Notes under the pieces: model-generated
Database searches by the model: none
What the model saw: the letters and a program-made list of their open reading frames with translations, nothing else
Told to the model about the DNA's origin: nothing
Part shown: positions 30,806 through 41,063 of the stretch, in pieces
Numbering within the stretch: position 1 is the first letter of the stretch
Layout: each line of letters begins with the position of its first letter
Assembly: GCA_965552055.1 (NCBI GenBank)
Contig: CBEVQO010000002.1
Span: forward strand, 32,001 to 96,000
Direction: 5' to 3'
DNA: 64,000 nucleotides
Source of the DNA: an uncultured bacterium
GTDB taxonomy: Bacteria > Hydrothermota > UBA3073 > NMUJ01 > CBEVQO01
Position numbers and translations under genes: made by a program

Positions 30806-32176
30806 TTACAAAATTGATTTGCCTTCTGCTTCTTTATTTTCTATACCAAACAATTTCAAAATCGTTGGCGCTATATCCAGAATGTTTACTTCATCCAGCT
30901 TTTGATGCTTTATGTCTTTCCCCGATAGCACAAATATTCCATAAAGTGAATGCATTGCGTCGTCCGGACCTGTATCGTTCTCATAAGTGTAAATTGTGTT
31001 GTAACCTACGGATGCTATGCTTCGCCATCTGAAATCTCCAAAAAATGCCATCAAATCTGGAGCATCTCCCCTCACAACAGGATAAATCTCTTCTGGACGA
31101 ACAACAAGCGTATTTAAGGGATTGCCTTCTTCATCTTTTAACTCGCTTAACTTCTGCTTTATTTCATCTCTCACCTTTTCATAATCCTTTTTGTCTATTT
31201 TGCCTTCGGGTTCTCTTCCTTTTACATTTAAGAAAATCCTTGCATAATAACCGCCCCAGCCCCAGGCAATTGTGTCTCCCCAGTCAACTTCCACATCCTG
31301 AAAGCGCGTCTGACCAGATGGATAACTTTTTAACTTTAAATAACCTTCTTTTATAAACCATTCATTTATCGCAATACAGCCATCCATCCTTTGTGCACCA
31401 TGGTCCGATACAACAAAAATATAAGTGTCTTCGGGAATAATCTCAAGAACCTCTCCTATTTTTTCATCAAGGTATTTTGCATAGTTTAAAAGTTCATTTT
31501 TATATTTGTGATCTGGAGTGTATCTTCTGTGTTGTGGGTCCTGATACTTCCAGAAAGCATGGTTCATCCTGTCGAGCGCTATCTCCATAATCATAGCAAA
31601 ATCCCATTCTTCTGTTTGTAAAAGATGTTTGAAAACTTTAAAATGAATATCCGTTATCTCATAACTTTCTCTTTTTACCCTCTCTTTATCTTCTGTTCTA
31701 AAATTTCTCACATCGAATTTATATTCGCCTACTAATTTTTTAATTTTTTCGGAATATTCTGGTGGATATGTGAATTTTACCTTATCGGATGGCGTTAAAA
31801 AACCTGATATTAGCACACCTTTTAAGGGCTTTGGAGGATAAGTTTGTGGCACACCCAGCACTATCGAGCGCTTGCCATGCTGTGATAAAATCTCCCATAC
31901 TGTTTTTGATGTTATATAATAGGAATTTGCAATCATAATTTCGTTGTAAGTTCCGCTTTTTCTTATTCTGAAGCCATAAGCTCCCAATCTACCTGGTGAA
32001 TGCGAGGTCATCATCGTCATCCATGCAGGACAGGTTATGGGAGGCAATGTTGTGTGCATCCGTGCTACAATTCCATTTTCATACAGTTTTTTGAAGTTAG
32101 GCAGGTCATTTATCCATTTTTCGTAATATAGCTCCGGGGGTGCACAATCAATCCCTATTACGAGCACTTTACTCAT
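30806..32176 (-). CDS. Alkaline phosphatase superfamily protein (phosphodiesterase/sulfatase-like)
   Basis: VIGIDCA, PPITCPAW, DRMNH, VSDHG, DAMH, DIAPTIL motifs. Confidence 0.9.
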   Translation of the reverse strand: MSKVLVIGIDCAPPELYYEKWINDLPNFKKLYENGIVARMHTTLPPITCPAWMTMMTSHSPGRLGAYGFRIRKSGTYNEIMIANSYYITSKTVWEILSQHGKRSIVLGVPQTYPPKPLKGVLISGFLTPSDKVKFTYPPEYSEKIKKLVGEYKFDVRNFRTEDKERVKRESYEITDIHFKVFKHLLQTEEWDFAMIMEIALDRMNHAFWKYQDPQHRRYTPDHKYKNELLNYAKYLDEKIGEVLEIIPEDTYIFVVSDHGAQRMDGCIAINEWFIKEGYLKLKSYPSGQTRFQDVEVDWGDTIAWGWGGYYARIFLNVKGREPEGKIDKKDYEKVRDEIKQKLSELKDEEGNPLNTLVVRPEEIYPVVRGDAPDLMAFFGDFRWRSIASVGYNTIYTYENDTGPDDAMHSLYGIFVLSGKDIKHQKLDEVNILDIAPTILKLFGIENKEAEGKSIL

Positions 32177-32325
32177 TTCTCCTCCTTTTTAGTTTTTGAT
32201 TTGGTCTTTAATCTGTCTGCTTCGAATCTGTCTATTTCTTCAAAGGATTTACCTTCGCTGAACCACTTTTTGAGTTGCCATTCAAAAGCTTTCTCTATTG
32301 TTTTAAATTTTAAAATTTCAGCCAC
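32173..32325 (-). CDS. Small 50-aa ORF or C-terminal gene remnant
   Basis: GTG-started frame VAEILKFKTIEKAFEWQLKKWFSEG...KKEEK fills the intergenic gap and overlaps the next start (ATGA). Confidence 0.4.
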   Translation of the reverse strand: MAEILKFKTIEKAFEWQLKKWFSEGKSFEEIDRFEADRLKTKSKTKKEEK

Positions 32326-32327
32326 TT

Positions 32328-33662
32328 TTATTTTATCTCTTTAACCCACTCAAATTCATAGACATAGGTATCAAACGAAGTTGCATATATTCTTAATTTG
32401 CCCTCATTTCTACCATCTCCTATCGCTATACGCCACACTGGCCATAAAGCCGAGCCTACATCTCTTTTCACCCAATCTGAGCCTGTCCATTCAAACTCAT
32501 AAACATGCCAGTCACCGCATGCAGAATATACTCTTGGCTTGCCATCTTCTTTTACTTCACCTATTGCTACACCTGCCATACCACCTTCACCTGAACCTAA
32601 ATCAACTTTATTCCAGCCCGTGCCTGTACATTCGAATTCATAAACATGGTCATCCGCAGAACCTACATATATTCTTTGCTTGCCATCACCTCTGCCATCT
32701 CCTATCGCTATGCCTCTTATCACATTTTCACATGTTCCAACAGTATTCTTCGTCCAGCTTGAACCTGTCCATTCGAATTCATAAAGATAACAATCCCAGC
32801 CACCTGCATATACTCTTGGTTTGCCGTCTCCTTTAACCCTGCCTATTGCTACAACTACCATTTTATCTTTGCCTGAACCCACAATAGATTTAACCCATTC
32901 CGTTCCTGTCCATTCAAATTCATAAATATTACTATCATGACAGGCAGCATAAACTCGTGGTTTGCCATCGCCTCTGCCATCACCTATTGCTATCATCCTC
33001 ATACCACTTCCACCATACCCTATATCATTTTTTACCCAATCAGAACCTGTGTATTCAAATTCATAGACATGTGCGTCATCGCATCCAACATAAATCCTTA
33101 ATTTGCCATCACCCCTGCCATCGCCTATTGTTACGCCTTCCATCCAGCCGTTCCCTGTGCCCACATCTTTTTGTGTCCAATTTTCTCCTGTCCATTCAAA
33201 TTCATATAAAGAATAATCTCTACTTCCAGCATAAACACAGTATTTGCCTTTTATATTTCCAACTGCGATTCCGAGCATCCTGTCCCAGCCCGCACCTATT
33301 GCCATTTGAGACCATTTACCCTGAACTATCAACCTATAACCCTGTGACCATTTTGAAAGATTGCCTTTTATATCTTTTGCCTGTGCCCTAATGTAATAAG
33401 TATCTGCCGATGAATACAGATGACTCATAGAGATTAAATGTCCTGTCAAAGTGTAATAACTCCAGTCAGATGCGAAGCCATCGCCCCAATCGACTCTTAT
33501 TGCTACTTCATCGCTGTCAGGGTCATCCGCACTCACTATGATTACAGCAGTATCACCTATTTTGATGCATGTATCACCTGAAATCGCAGGTGTATCTGGA
33601 GGCTTGTTTATAGCCCGCTTGCACCCAACTATAATGATTACTAAAATTAAGAAACGCTTCAT
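32328..33662 (-). CDS. Lipoprotein with PKD domain and 7-fold 44-aa beta-propeller repeat
   Basis: IVGC lipobox; DPDSD...DWGDG PKD module; repeats IAIGDGRGDGK.RVY....D...YEFEWTG..W. Confidence 0.88.
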   Translation of the reverse strand: MKRFLILVIIIVGCKRAINKPPDTPAISGDTCIKIGDTAVIIVSADDPDSDEVAIRVDWGDGFASDWSYYTLTGHLISMSHLYSSADTYYIRAQAKDIKGNLSKWSQGYRLIVQGKWSQMAIGAGWDRMLGIAVGNIKGKYCVYAGSRDYSLYEFEWTGENWTQKDVGTGNGWMEGVTIGDGRGDGKLRIYVGCDDAHVYEFEYTGSDWVKNDIGYGGSGMRMIAIGDGRGDGKPRVYAACHDSNIYEFEWTGTEWVKSIVGSGKDKMVVVAIGRVKGDGKPRVYAGGWDCYLYEFEWTGSSWTKNTVGTCENVIRGIAIGDGRGDGKQRIYVGSADDHVYEFECTGTGWNKVDLGSGEGGMAGVAIGEVKEDGKPRVYSACGDWHVYEFEWTGSDWVKRDVGSALWPVWRIAIGDGRNEGKLRIYATSFDTYVYEFEWVKEIK

Positions 33663-33693
33663 ACCTCCTCCTTATTCAACCAGACCACTTTTT

Positions 33694-33720
33694 ATTTTAT
33701 ACACCTTAGAATTTTGTCAA
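33694..33720 (-). promoter_or_regulatory. Promoter of the lipoprotein gene
   Basis: TTGACA-N15-TAAAAT, then GGAGGAGG RBS. Confidence 0.7.
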
Positions 33721-33889
33721 GAAGAGATTTTATAAAGTTACAAATTCTGGCAAAAGAGATGACAAAGATGGTTATGTTTGGGTTTCTGGCAACGAAATTT
33801 AATTTTTTAGTTTTAATTAAGGATGCTTTTGTTGGACATAAGGGGTTTTCTCGTAATAAGTTACAAGTGCTTCGCGAGTATGCATGTTA

Positions 33890-34318
33890 TTAAAATTTTT
33901 AATGCGAGCGTAAGCGAGCCTATTACATAAGGGTTGTTTGTCACACCCCGAGCGGTTAGAGCGGAACTGCATTTTGAGGGATGTTTTGGACTTTTTGGCT
34001 GATGAGGTTTTGAAAGCGAAATGCAGTAAGGTGGTGATTGCGCTTTAGGTGGGAATTGGGGAATTTTAAGGGCGATGGGTACGGAAGCGGATGAAGGTTT
34101 TGTGGTGCGATACCACACTTATTACGGGCAAAGCGTTTTAAAAAGCCACATCGGTGTCAAGGCTGTGCCGAGCGGGATGCACTGCGTTTTGATAGGCGAT
34201 ATAGGACGGTTGACTTGACTTATTACGGATAAAGCGTTTCAAGTAGCCACAGCGTGTCAGGACTGTGTCCCGCGAGGGGTGTGCACATGGGAAGGTGGGG
34301 ACTGGGAGGCGGGGCTAA
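33890..34318 (+). repeat. Mosaic intergenic repeat, copy C
   Basis: Direct repeat of 30361-30789 at offset 3529. Confidence 0.95.
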
Positions 34319-34336
34319 AAATTATAAAAATAGATT

Positions 34337-35824
34337 TTATTCCTTCCAGGTTTCGATTTGTGCTCTCTGTAATCTTCCCGAGTAATCTATATAAACTGTT
34401 TGAATTTCTGTGAAGATTTCGTAAACTGTCCATCCGCCTTCTCTATGTCCATTTCCTGTGTTCTTTATGCCTCCAAATGGCAAATGACACTCTGCTCCTA
34501 TCGTCGGTGCATTCACATAGGTTATCCCTGCTTCTATCAATTCGATTGCCTTCATAGCCTTCACAACATCTCTTGTATAAATGGATGAAGATAAACCATA
34601 ATTCGTCGAATTCATAACTTCTATTGCTTCTTCAAAACTTTTTACCTTTATCACGGATAACACGGGTCCAAAAATTTCTTCCTGTGCTATTCTCATATCG
34701 GGTTTTACATCTATGAAAATCGTTGGCTCATAGAAATATCCTTTATCGCATCCATTTTCGGTGTAGCGTTTGCCACCGCATACGAGTTTTGCACCTTCTT
34801 TTTTACCGAGTTCAACATAATATTCCACTTTTTTCAATTGCTTTTCACTTACAAGTGGTCCCATTTCTGTTTCGGGCTTCAATCCATCCCCTATCTTTAT
34901 CTTTTTTGCCCTTTCTACCAGCATTTCTACGAACCGGTCGTGTATTTTCTCGTGCAGGATAAGGCGTGATGTAGCGGTACAGCGCTGCCCTGTTGTACCA
35001 AATGCTCCCCATATTACTCCATCAAGGGCAAGTTCCAAATCTGCATCATCCATAACGATTTGTGCATTTTTGCCACCAAGTTCAAGGGATACCTTTTTCA
35101 ATGTTTTGCTTGATAGCTCACTTATTCTCTTACCTACTTCAACGGAACCCGTAAATGAAATGAGGTCTATTCCGGGATGACTGGCTATTGCTTCGCCTAT
35201 CACACCACCGGGTCCGTGCACAAGGTTTATAACTCCTTCTGGTACTCCTGCTTCGAGCAATATTTCCACAAGCTTTGTGGCTGTGTGAGGTGCTTCACGG
35301 GAAGGTTTGAAAACAACTGCATTTCCGCACACTATCGCAGGAAGTATCTTCCAGCATGGTATCGCCATCGGGAAATTCCAGGGCGTTATTATTCCGCAAA
35401 CTCCCACCGGTCGCCTGAATGTTATACAAACTTTATCTGTGAGCTCGGATGGCGTCGTAAAGCTGAACAATCTCCTTCCTTCTCCAAATGCGTAATATGC
35501 GGTGTCTATCCCTTCCTGCACATCTGCTTCTGTTTCCAGCAATATCTTACCCATTTCTCTTGTTGCTATTTTAGCGAGTTCTTTTTTTCTCTGCACGAGT
35601 AAGTCACCTACTTTTTTCATAACCTCTGCGCGCTTGGGTGCAGGTACCTGTCGCCACATCTTATACGCCTTTCTCGCAGCTTCTACTGCTTTCTCAACAT
35701 CTTCCGGAGTAGATTCAGGAAAAGTCCCTATTACATCGTCAACATTAGCAGGATTCCTTTTTTCGAAGCGCTTACCGGATACCGAATCACACCACTTACC
35801 ATTTATGAAATTTTTAAAATCCAT
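34337..35824 (-). CDS. NAD(P)-dependent aldehyde dehydrogenase
   Basis: ITPWNFP, FTGS, LELGGKN, GQRCT, EEIFGPV motifs. Confidence 0.96.
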   Translation of the reverse strand: MDFKNFINGKWCDSVSGKRFEKRNPANVDDVIGTFPESTPEDVEKAVEAARKAYKMWRQVPAPKRAEVMKKVGDLLVQRKKELAKIATREMGKILLETEADVQEGIDTAYYAFGEGRRLFSFTTPSELTDKVCITFRRPVGVCGIITPWNFPMAIPCWKILPAIVCGNAVVFKPSREAPHTATKLVEILLEAGVPEGVINLVHGPGGVIGEAIASHPGIDLISFTGSVEVGKRISELSSKTLKKVSLELGGKNAQIVMDDADLELALDGVIWGAFGTTGQRCTATSRLILHEKIHDRFVEMLVERAKKIKIGDGLKPETEMGPLVSEKQLKKVEYYVELGKKEGAKLVCGGKRYTENGCDKGYFYEPTIFIDVKPDMRIAQEEIFGPVLSVIKVKSFEEAIEVMNSTNYGLSSSIYTRDVVKAMKAIELIEAGITYVNAPTIGAECHLPFGGIKNTGNGHREGGWTVYEIFTEIQTVYIDYSGRLQRAQIETWKE

Positions 35825-35841
35825 AACCCCTCCTGTTTAAA

Positions 35842-36573
35842 TCATTTTTCAAGTTTTTTAAGTAATCTTTTGCCTTCATTTAAACTTTTCTCATCTATTT
35901 CATCCAATGGTTTCATTTTTATCGCTTCTTTAAGAATTTTTTCTGCTTTTTCTTTTTCTTTTATTTTTAAATATGTTTTTGCAAGTTCTACTCTGTATTT
36001 TATTCTTTCTGGCTTTAATGCTATTGCTTTTTGTATGTAGAATATCGCTGAATCAAGGTAAGCCGGAGGCAATCCGCCGTAGATTATTTTCGCAAATGTT
36101 TTTAAAAAAGGAGACAAGGTAGCAACTTCTCTGTGCCACATCCCCAGAATAAACATTGCTTCGGGATAATCTGGTTTCAACTTTAAAGCAATTTGTGCAT
36201 GATGCTTTACTTCTTTAGATAATCTTACTTTGGCTTTGCCTCCCTTAAACAATGCAAGTTCACCTGAATTCCTTGCTATTTCGAAATGTAGTTCAGGAAC
36301 ATCATTTTTTATCTTTAGAGCCTCTTTTAAATAATTATCCGCAAGCTGAAAATATTTGCCACAAATTTTACCAGTGGTATCTTCTCCCAATCTATTGTAT
36401 GTTTTGCCTATGCGAAATTTTATGTCAAAATTATTATGATATAAACTATCTGCTTTGAGATAAAATTTTAATGCCCCGTGATATTTTTGAACCCGAAACA
36501 AACTATCGCCTATCTTAACATAGTGATTTATTGAAATTGTTTTCAGTATAAAAATTAAAATGGAAAATTTCAT
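35842..36573 (-). CDS. Exported TPR-like protein
   Basis: Short hydrophobic N-terminus, helical repeats with KAIALKP-type motifs. Confidence 0.75.
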   Translation of the reverse strand: MKFSILIFILKTISINHYVKIGDSLFRVQKYHGALKFYLKADSLYHNNFDIKFRIGKTYNRLGEDTTGKICGKYFQLADNYLKEALKIKNDVPELHFEIARNSGELALFKGGKAKVRLSKEVKHHAQIALKLKPDYPEAMFILGMWHREVATLSPFLKTFAKIIYGGLPPAYLDSAIFYIQKAIALKPERIKYRVELAKTYLKIKEKEKAEKILKEAIKMKPLDEIDEKSLNEGKRLLKKLEK

Positions 36574-36580
36574 TCTCCTC

Positions 36581-37621
36581 CTATTTTATTTTAATTATTT
36601 CGTAATCTTTTTTGCCAAGACCAATTTTTTCACCATACTCAATTTGTATTAAAGGTTCTGTTTTGGGATTTGCCTCTTTGAATAAATCTTTTTCTTTACA
36701 TATCATATCGTAAGACGCTTTATCGATTGCTACCGGGTCAAAACCCGCCAGTATCCCTTTGTCCTCACATAGTAATTTGCCGGATGTCCCTGCACAATCG
36801 CACAATGGTGTTATATCGATTAAAAAATTTATAAAACAAATTGGTTTTTGAAGTTTTAACACTCCGAGTGCATGTTCACATATTAACTCCTGAACCTTCC
36901 TTGTATCATCTTCCCATTTGATTCTTATTGCCCTTTGAGGACATGCGCCTATGCATTCAGCACATCCTATGCATTTTTCTTCGATTATCTTTTTGCTTTT
37001 ATAGTCAATTGCATCTGCTGGACAATGTTTTGCGCAAATACCACAGGAAATGCATTTTTCCTGGTCAATATAGGGTTTAACCTGGGAATGCATCTTTAAC
37101 TTTGCTTCTCTCGGTGTACACCCCATTCCAAGATTTTTTATGGCGCCACCGAATCCTGTGATTAAATGTCCAGTAAAGTGTGATACCACACAAACAGCAT
37201 CTGCTTCTGCTATTGCTTTTGCAATTTTTACTTTCTTAAAATTGGGTGCATCTATTTCAACTTCAACAAAATCCGTCCCGAGTAATCCATCTGCAATTAT
37301 AACAGGTGCAAAGTCAAATCCATGCTTTTTTGTGAGATTGAGATAATCTACTGCGTTCATCCTTTCACCACGATAAAGTGCAACGGTGTCTGTTAAAAAT
37401 GGTTTTAAGCCCTTTTCTTTTAATTTTTCATAAATCAATCGTATGAAAAGCGGATGCACATAAGTATAAACACCTTCTTCTCCCATGTGACATTTTATCG
37501 CACAAAGCCCACCTTTGGGGAAATTTTTAAATAAATCTGATTTTTCGATTAAATCTTCGAGTTTATCAAACATATTACGAGAAAGTGAAACTTCCATATC
37601 GATATAATAAATTTTTTTCAT
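36581..37621 (-). CDS. DUF362 family protein with 2x[4Fe-4S] domain
   Basis: IKCHMGE, GFGGAIKNLGMG, two CxxCxxCxxxCP motifs, DPVAID; start at ATG 37621. Confidence 0.9.
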   Translation of the reverse strand: MKKIYYIDMEVSLSRNMFDKLEDLIEKSDLFKNFPKGGLCAIKCHMGEEGVYTYVHPLFIRLIYEKLKEKGLKPFLTDTVALYRGERMNAVDYLNLTKKHGFDFAPVIIADGLLGTDFVEVEIDAPNFKKVKIAKAIAEADAVCVVSHFTGHLITGFGGAIKNLGMGCTPREAKLKMHSQVKPYIDQEKCISCGICAKHCPADAIDYKSKKIIEEKCIGCAECIGACPQRAIRIKWEDDTRKVQELICEHALGVLKLQKPICFINFLIDITPLCDCAGTSGKLLCEDKGILAGFDPVAIDKASYDMICKEKDLFKEANPKTEPLIQIEYGEKIGLGKKDYEIIKIK

Positions 37622-37626
37622 CTGCA

Positions 37627-37653
37627 ATTATAAATAAATTGTGAGGATGTCAA
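37627..37653 (-). promoter_or_regulatory. Promoter of the DUF362 operon, probably leaderless
   Basis: TTGACA-N15-TATAAT-N5-ATG. Confidence 0.78.
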
Positions 37654-37775
37654 TGATTTTTAAAATTGTTTATCCCACCCACCCAGAGGTTTTTTCGAAG
37701 GGCTTCGCCCTCCGTGACCCATTTCTAAATCGTCAATATTACATAACTTTTTTTCAGCATTTTCTTAAAATTTTA

Positions 37776-37802
37776 TTGACAATTTAAGGAAGTGATTATA
37801 AA
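37776..37802 (+). promoter_or_regulatory. Promoter of the tld operon, probably leaderless
   Basis: TTGACA-N15-TATAAA-N6-ATG. Confidence 0.65.
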
Positions 37803-37808
37803 AAGAGT

Positions 37809-38024
37809 ATGGAAGTTACGAGAAATACCCGGGTTGATGAGCTTATTGACAGGTATCCCGATGTTATAAAGATTTTTCTTGATTTTGGACTATCAGGTAT
37901 TGCATGTGGTGATGCCTTCTGGGGGACAATTGAAGACCTTGCACGCTACAAAAATTTACCCGAAGAAAAATTACAAAAATTAATTGATGAAATTAATAAA
38001 ATGATTTCCAAAAAGGAGGGGTGA
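37809..38024 (+). CDS. DUF1858-like small protein
   Basis: V.ELI..YP....IF..FGL...C.......TIE..A pattern. Confidence 0.75.
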   Translation: MEVTRNTRVDELIDRYPDVIKIFLDFGLSGIACGDAFWGTIEDLARYKNLPEEKLQKLIDEINKMISKKEG

Positions 38025-38025
38025 T

Positions 38026-38388
38026 ATGGAAAAGAAATTTCAATTGTGGGAAATTGATTTTAAAAGTATCGGAAAATTAACTCCCGAAAAGGTAAGGGAT
38101 TTGATAATAGAATGCTTTTTTCATGCTCAAAAAGAAACTTTTAAATATACTAAGAAAAAACTTTATAAAAAAGAACCTACGGACGATGAGATAAGAAACA
38201 GCGTTATAACATTAGTCCAGATGACTTTTAAAGAAATAGGCGGTGACTTTGATAATCCTTCTCTGGATGCTTTAAAGAAAGTGGTAGAAAATCTGGCTAA
38301 AAAAGCAAAAGCATGGGGTACACCCGATGAAATAATAAATCATCATAAAAATCAAATCGAAAAATTAATAAAAATAGCAGGAGGCTAA
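38026..38388 (+). CDS. Hypothetical protein
   Basis: 120-aa ORF with GGAGG RBS inside the operon. Confidence 0.75.
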   Translation: MEKKFQLWEIDFKSIGKLTPEKVRDLIIECFFHAQKETFKYTKKKLYKKEPTDDEIRNSVITLVQMTFKEIGGDFDNPSLDALKKVVENLAKKAKAWGTPDEIINHHKNQIEKLIKIAGG

Positions 38389-38389
38389 A

Positions 38390-39751
38390 ATGATAGAAAA
38401 ATTAGAAAAACTTGTAAATGAATTTAAAGTTGATTATATGGATATAAGATTTGAGGAAGACCGTCTCATAAAAATATCTTTCAAAGGAAAGGAGCTCGAA
38501 AATCTATCTGACAGCATTACAAAGGGCTTTCATATCAGGGTCATCGCTGATGGCGGATTTGCCACCTGCACTGTAAATAATGAAAAAGAATTAAAAAGTG
38601 CTATTGAGCAAACAATTAGAGCTGCAAGATTATCTGCTAAATTCAATCCCAAAAAGGTAAAATTTAAATTACCCGAACCAGTAAAAGACGAAGTTTATCT
38701 AAAAATTAAGGACGATCCGAGAAAAATAAGTATAGATGAAAAATTTGAAATCCTGAAAAAATACAATGATTTGGTTTTAAGTTATGAAAAAATACAATCA
38801 ACTCAAATGGAATATGAAGAATGGAATAAGAAAAAATTTTTTGTAAGTTCCCATGGCACATCACTTTATTTTGAAGAAGTAATATGTGAAATATTTGGGC
38901 GTATTTTTGCGGGTGATGGCACAAAAGTTGAAGATGTGCGTGCAAGAGCAGGAGGTTCTCTTTCCTTTGATAAAATAAGGAATCGTGAAGAATTATTTGA
39001 AAACAGAACAAAAATAGCGATCGACCTTTTAAAAGCAAAAAAAGTTCCATCTGGCAGACACAGGGTATTGCTAAACCCGGACATGGTAGGTGTATTCATC
39101 CACGAAGCTTTTGGACATTTTAGCGAAGCAGACCATATAAAAGACCATCCAAAACTTCTCGAAAAATTCAAAATAGGTGAGAAAATAGCATCAGATTGCC
39201 TTACGGTGATAGATGACCCAACGATAAAAGGTATCCCCGGTTTTAAAATCTATGACGATGAAGGAGTGAAATCAAAGAAAACCTATCTCATAAAAAATGG
39301 TATATTAACAGGCAGATTACATTCTATGAGGACTGCTTATGAAATGGGAGAAGACCTGACTGGCAATGCTGTTGCGGTATCATGGCGATTTACACCCATT
39401 GTGCGTATGAGCAACATCTTTGTTAATAAAGGTGATAAAACTTTTTCAGAATTACTCGAGATTCTTGGTGATGGACTTTATATCTGTGATGCGAAAGGTG
39501 GTCAAACTATGGGCGATATGTTTTCGTTTGGAGCACAGTATGGGTTTGAAGTAAAAAATGGTAAAATTGGCAAAATGTACAAAGGAATAAATTTATCCGG
39601 AAATTTATTTACCACACTGATGAACATTGAAGCAGTTGGCAATGATTTATGCTTTGCTGAGGGCGGTGGTTGTGGTAAAGGAGGGCAATTGAATCCTCAA
39701 TCTGGTACAGGTGGCCCTCATATGATAATAAAAGAAGTAATAATAGGATAG
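38390..39751 (+). CDS. tldD: TldD metalloprotease subunit
   Basis: HEAFGHFSEAD, DDEGV, RMSN and C-terminal GCGK motifs. Confidence 0.93.
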   Translation: MIEKLEKLVNEFKVDYMDIRFEEDRLIKISFKGKELENLSDSITKGFHIRVIADGGFATCTVNNEKELKSAIEQTIRAARLSAKFNPKKVKFKLPEPVKDEVYLKIKDDPRKISIDEKFEILKKYNDLVLSYEKIQSTQMEYEEWNKKKFFVSSHGTSLYFEEVICEIFGRIFAGDGTKVEDVRARAGGSLSFDKIRNREELFENRTKIAIDLLKAKKVPSGRHRVLLNPDMVGVFIHEAFGHFSEADHIKDHPKLLEKFKIGEKIASDCLTVIDDPTIKGIPGFKIYDDEGVKSKKTYLIKNGILTGRLHSMRTAYEMGEDLTGNAVAVSWRFTPIVRMSNIFVNKGDKTFSELLEILGDGLYICDAKGGQTMGDMFSFGAQYGFEVKNGKIGKMYKGINLSGNLFTTLMNIEAVGNDLCFAEGGGCGKGGQLNPQSGTGGPHMIIKEVIIG

Positions 39752-39759
39752 GAGGAAAA

Positions 39760-41061
39760 ATGGACAAAATTTTGAAATTAGCAAAAGAATATGTTGATGA
39801 AGCCGAAGTTTATTATTTAAGGTCAAAGTCAATACCAATCGAGTTTCGTGATGAGAAAATGGAAGAGATATCAATGCACGAATATACGGAAGTCGCACTT
39901 AGGGTAATAAAAGATGGCAAACTCGGTATGAGCTATGGTTCTCCTGATGAACCTGATATCCTTGTAAAAAGTGCAGTAAAATCCGCAGAAACAGGTCCTA
40001 AAGTGAAATTTTCTTTTCCTGAGAAATCACAAATTATTGATTTTGAAAACTATGATGCGGAAATGGAAAATCCACCTGTTGAAGATTTTGCAGAAAAAAT
40101 GTTGAACAGAATAAAATGGATTAAAAAACACAATATAAAAACACCTGTTATGTGTTGGACAGGGATTGGCATTGCAGAAGTTACAATCGCAAATACAAAA
40201 GGACTAAATGTAAATTATAAAGTAAGTGCATTTACGCAATATTGGGTGATTGTATTACCTCAATCAGAGATGGGCCCTTATATAGTTGATGTTGACTACA
40301 AATTTAAAGAACTTGATGAACAAAAATTTGAAGAATTGATTAAAAAATTTGAAATCGCTCAGAAAAATGTCGATATTCCTACGAAGAAAATGAAAATTTT
40401 ATTTTCCCCCGAAGCTTTATGGACACTTGAATGGCGCATAATCGAAGCAATATCCGGTAAGAATTTAATCGAACATTTATCTCCTCTCGAAAATAAAATT
40501 GATGAAAAAATATTTGATGATAAAATAACGATTTACGAAGATCCGCATGCAAAAGGTTATTATTGGTCAAGACCTTTTGACGACGAAGGAGTACCTACTA
40601 AAAGGTTTCCCATAATCGAAAAAGGCGTTTTTAAAAATTTTATTTTTGACTTAAGAACAGCATCGGAATATGGCACAGAAAGCACGGGCAATGGCTACAA
40701 AAAAGGTCGCTGGTCAAGCGATGTGATTTCAGAACCTGTATCCCCTCACCCCTGTCATCTCGTCTGGGAACCTGGTGACCTCTCTGTAAAAGAACAAATT
40801 GAATCCATTGACGAAGGACTTATTTGTGAAGATTTGCTCGGAGCACACTCTGGAAACATTATCGCAGGACAATTCTCAATGAATGTAGGTATGGGATTTT
40901 ATGTAAAAGATGGAAAAATTCTTGGAAGAGCAGTAGATACAATGATTTCCGGAAACATCTATGATATTTTTAAAAATATACATTCTATAAGCAAAGAAAG
41001 AAACTACAGTTTAAAACCATGGATTTTATTTAATGAAATTCAGGTTGCAGGTAAAGGTTAG
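39760..41061 (+). CDS. pmbA: TldE/PmbA subunit
   Basis: FDDEG, STGNG, GQFS, ISGNI motifs; lacks HExxxH; follows tldD. Confidence 0.88.
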   Translation: MDKILKLAKEYVDEAEVYYLRSKSIPIEFRDEKMEEISMHEYTEVALRVIKDGKLGMSYGSPDEPDILVKSAVKSAETGPKVKFSFPEKSQIIDFENYDAEMENPPVEDFAEKMLNRIKWIKKHNIKTPVMCWTGIGIAEVTIANTKGLNVNYKVSAFTQYWVIVLPQSEMGPYIVDVDYKFKELDEQKFEELIKKFEIAQKNVDIPTKKMKILFSPEALWTLEWRIIEAISGKNLIEHLSPLENKIDEKIFDDKITIYEDPHAKGYYWSRPFDDEGVPTKRFPIIEKGVFKNFIFDLRTASEYGTESTGNGYKKGRWSSDVISEPVSPHPCHLVWEPGDLSVKEQIESIDEGLICEDLLGAHSGNIIAGQFSMNVGMGFYVKDGKILGRAVDTMISGNIYDIFKNIHSISKERNYSLKPWILFNEIQVAGKG

Positions 41062-41063
41062 AT

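Noticed and set aside
30123..34118. ORFs 30356-30589, 33861-34118 and 30123-30443 as a protein family
   Set aside because: They lie inside the non-coding repeat, have P/S/K-biased composition from the C-rich strand, lack an RBS, and the frame is not kept in copies A, D or E.
37670..37725. Sixth copy of the mosaic repeat
   Set aside because: Only an isolated GGGC-GAA-GCCC mini-hairpin (minus strand) and a C-rich patch; neither conserved end is present.
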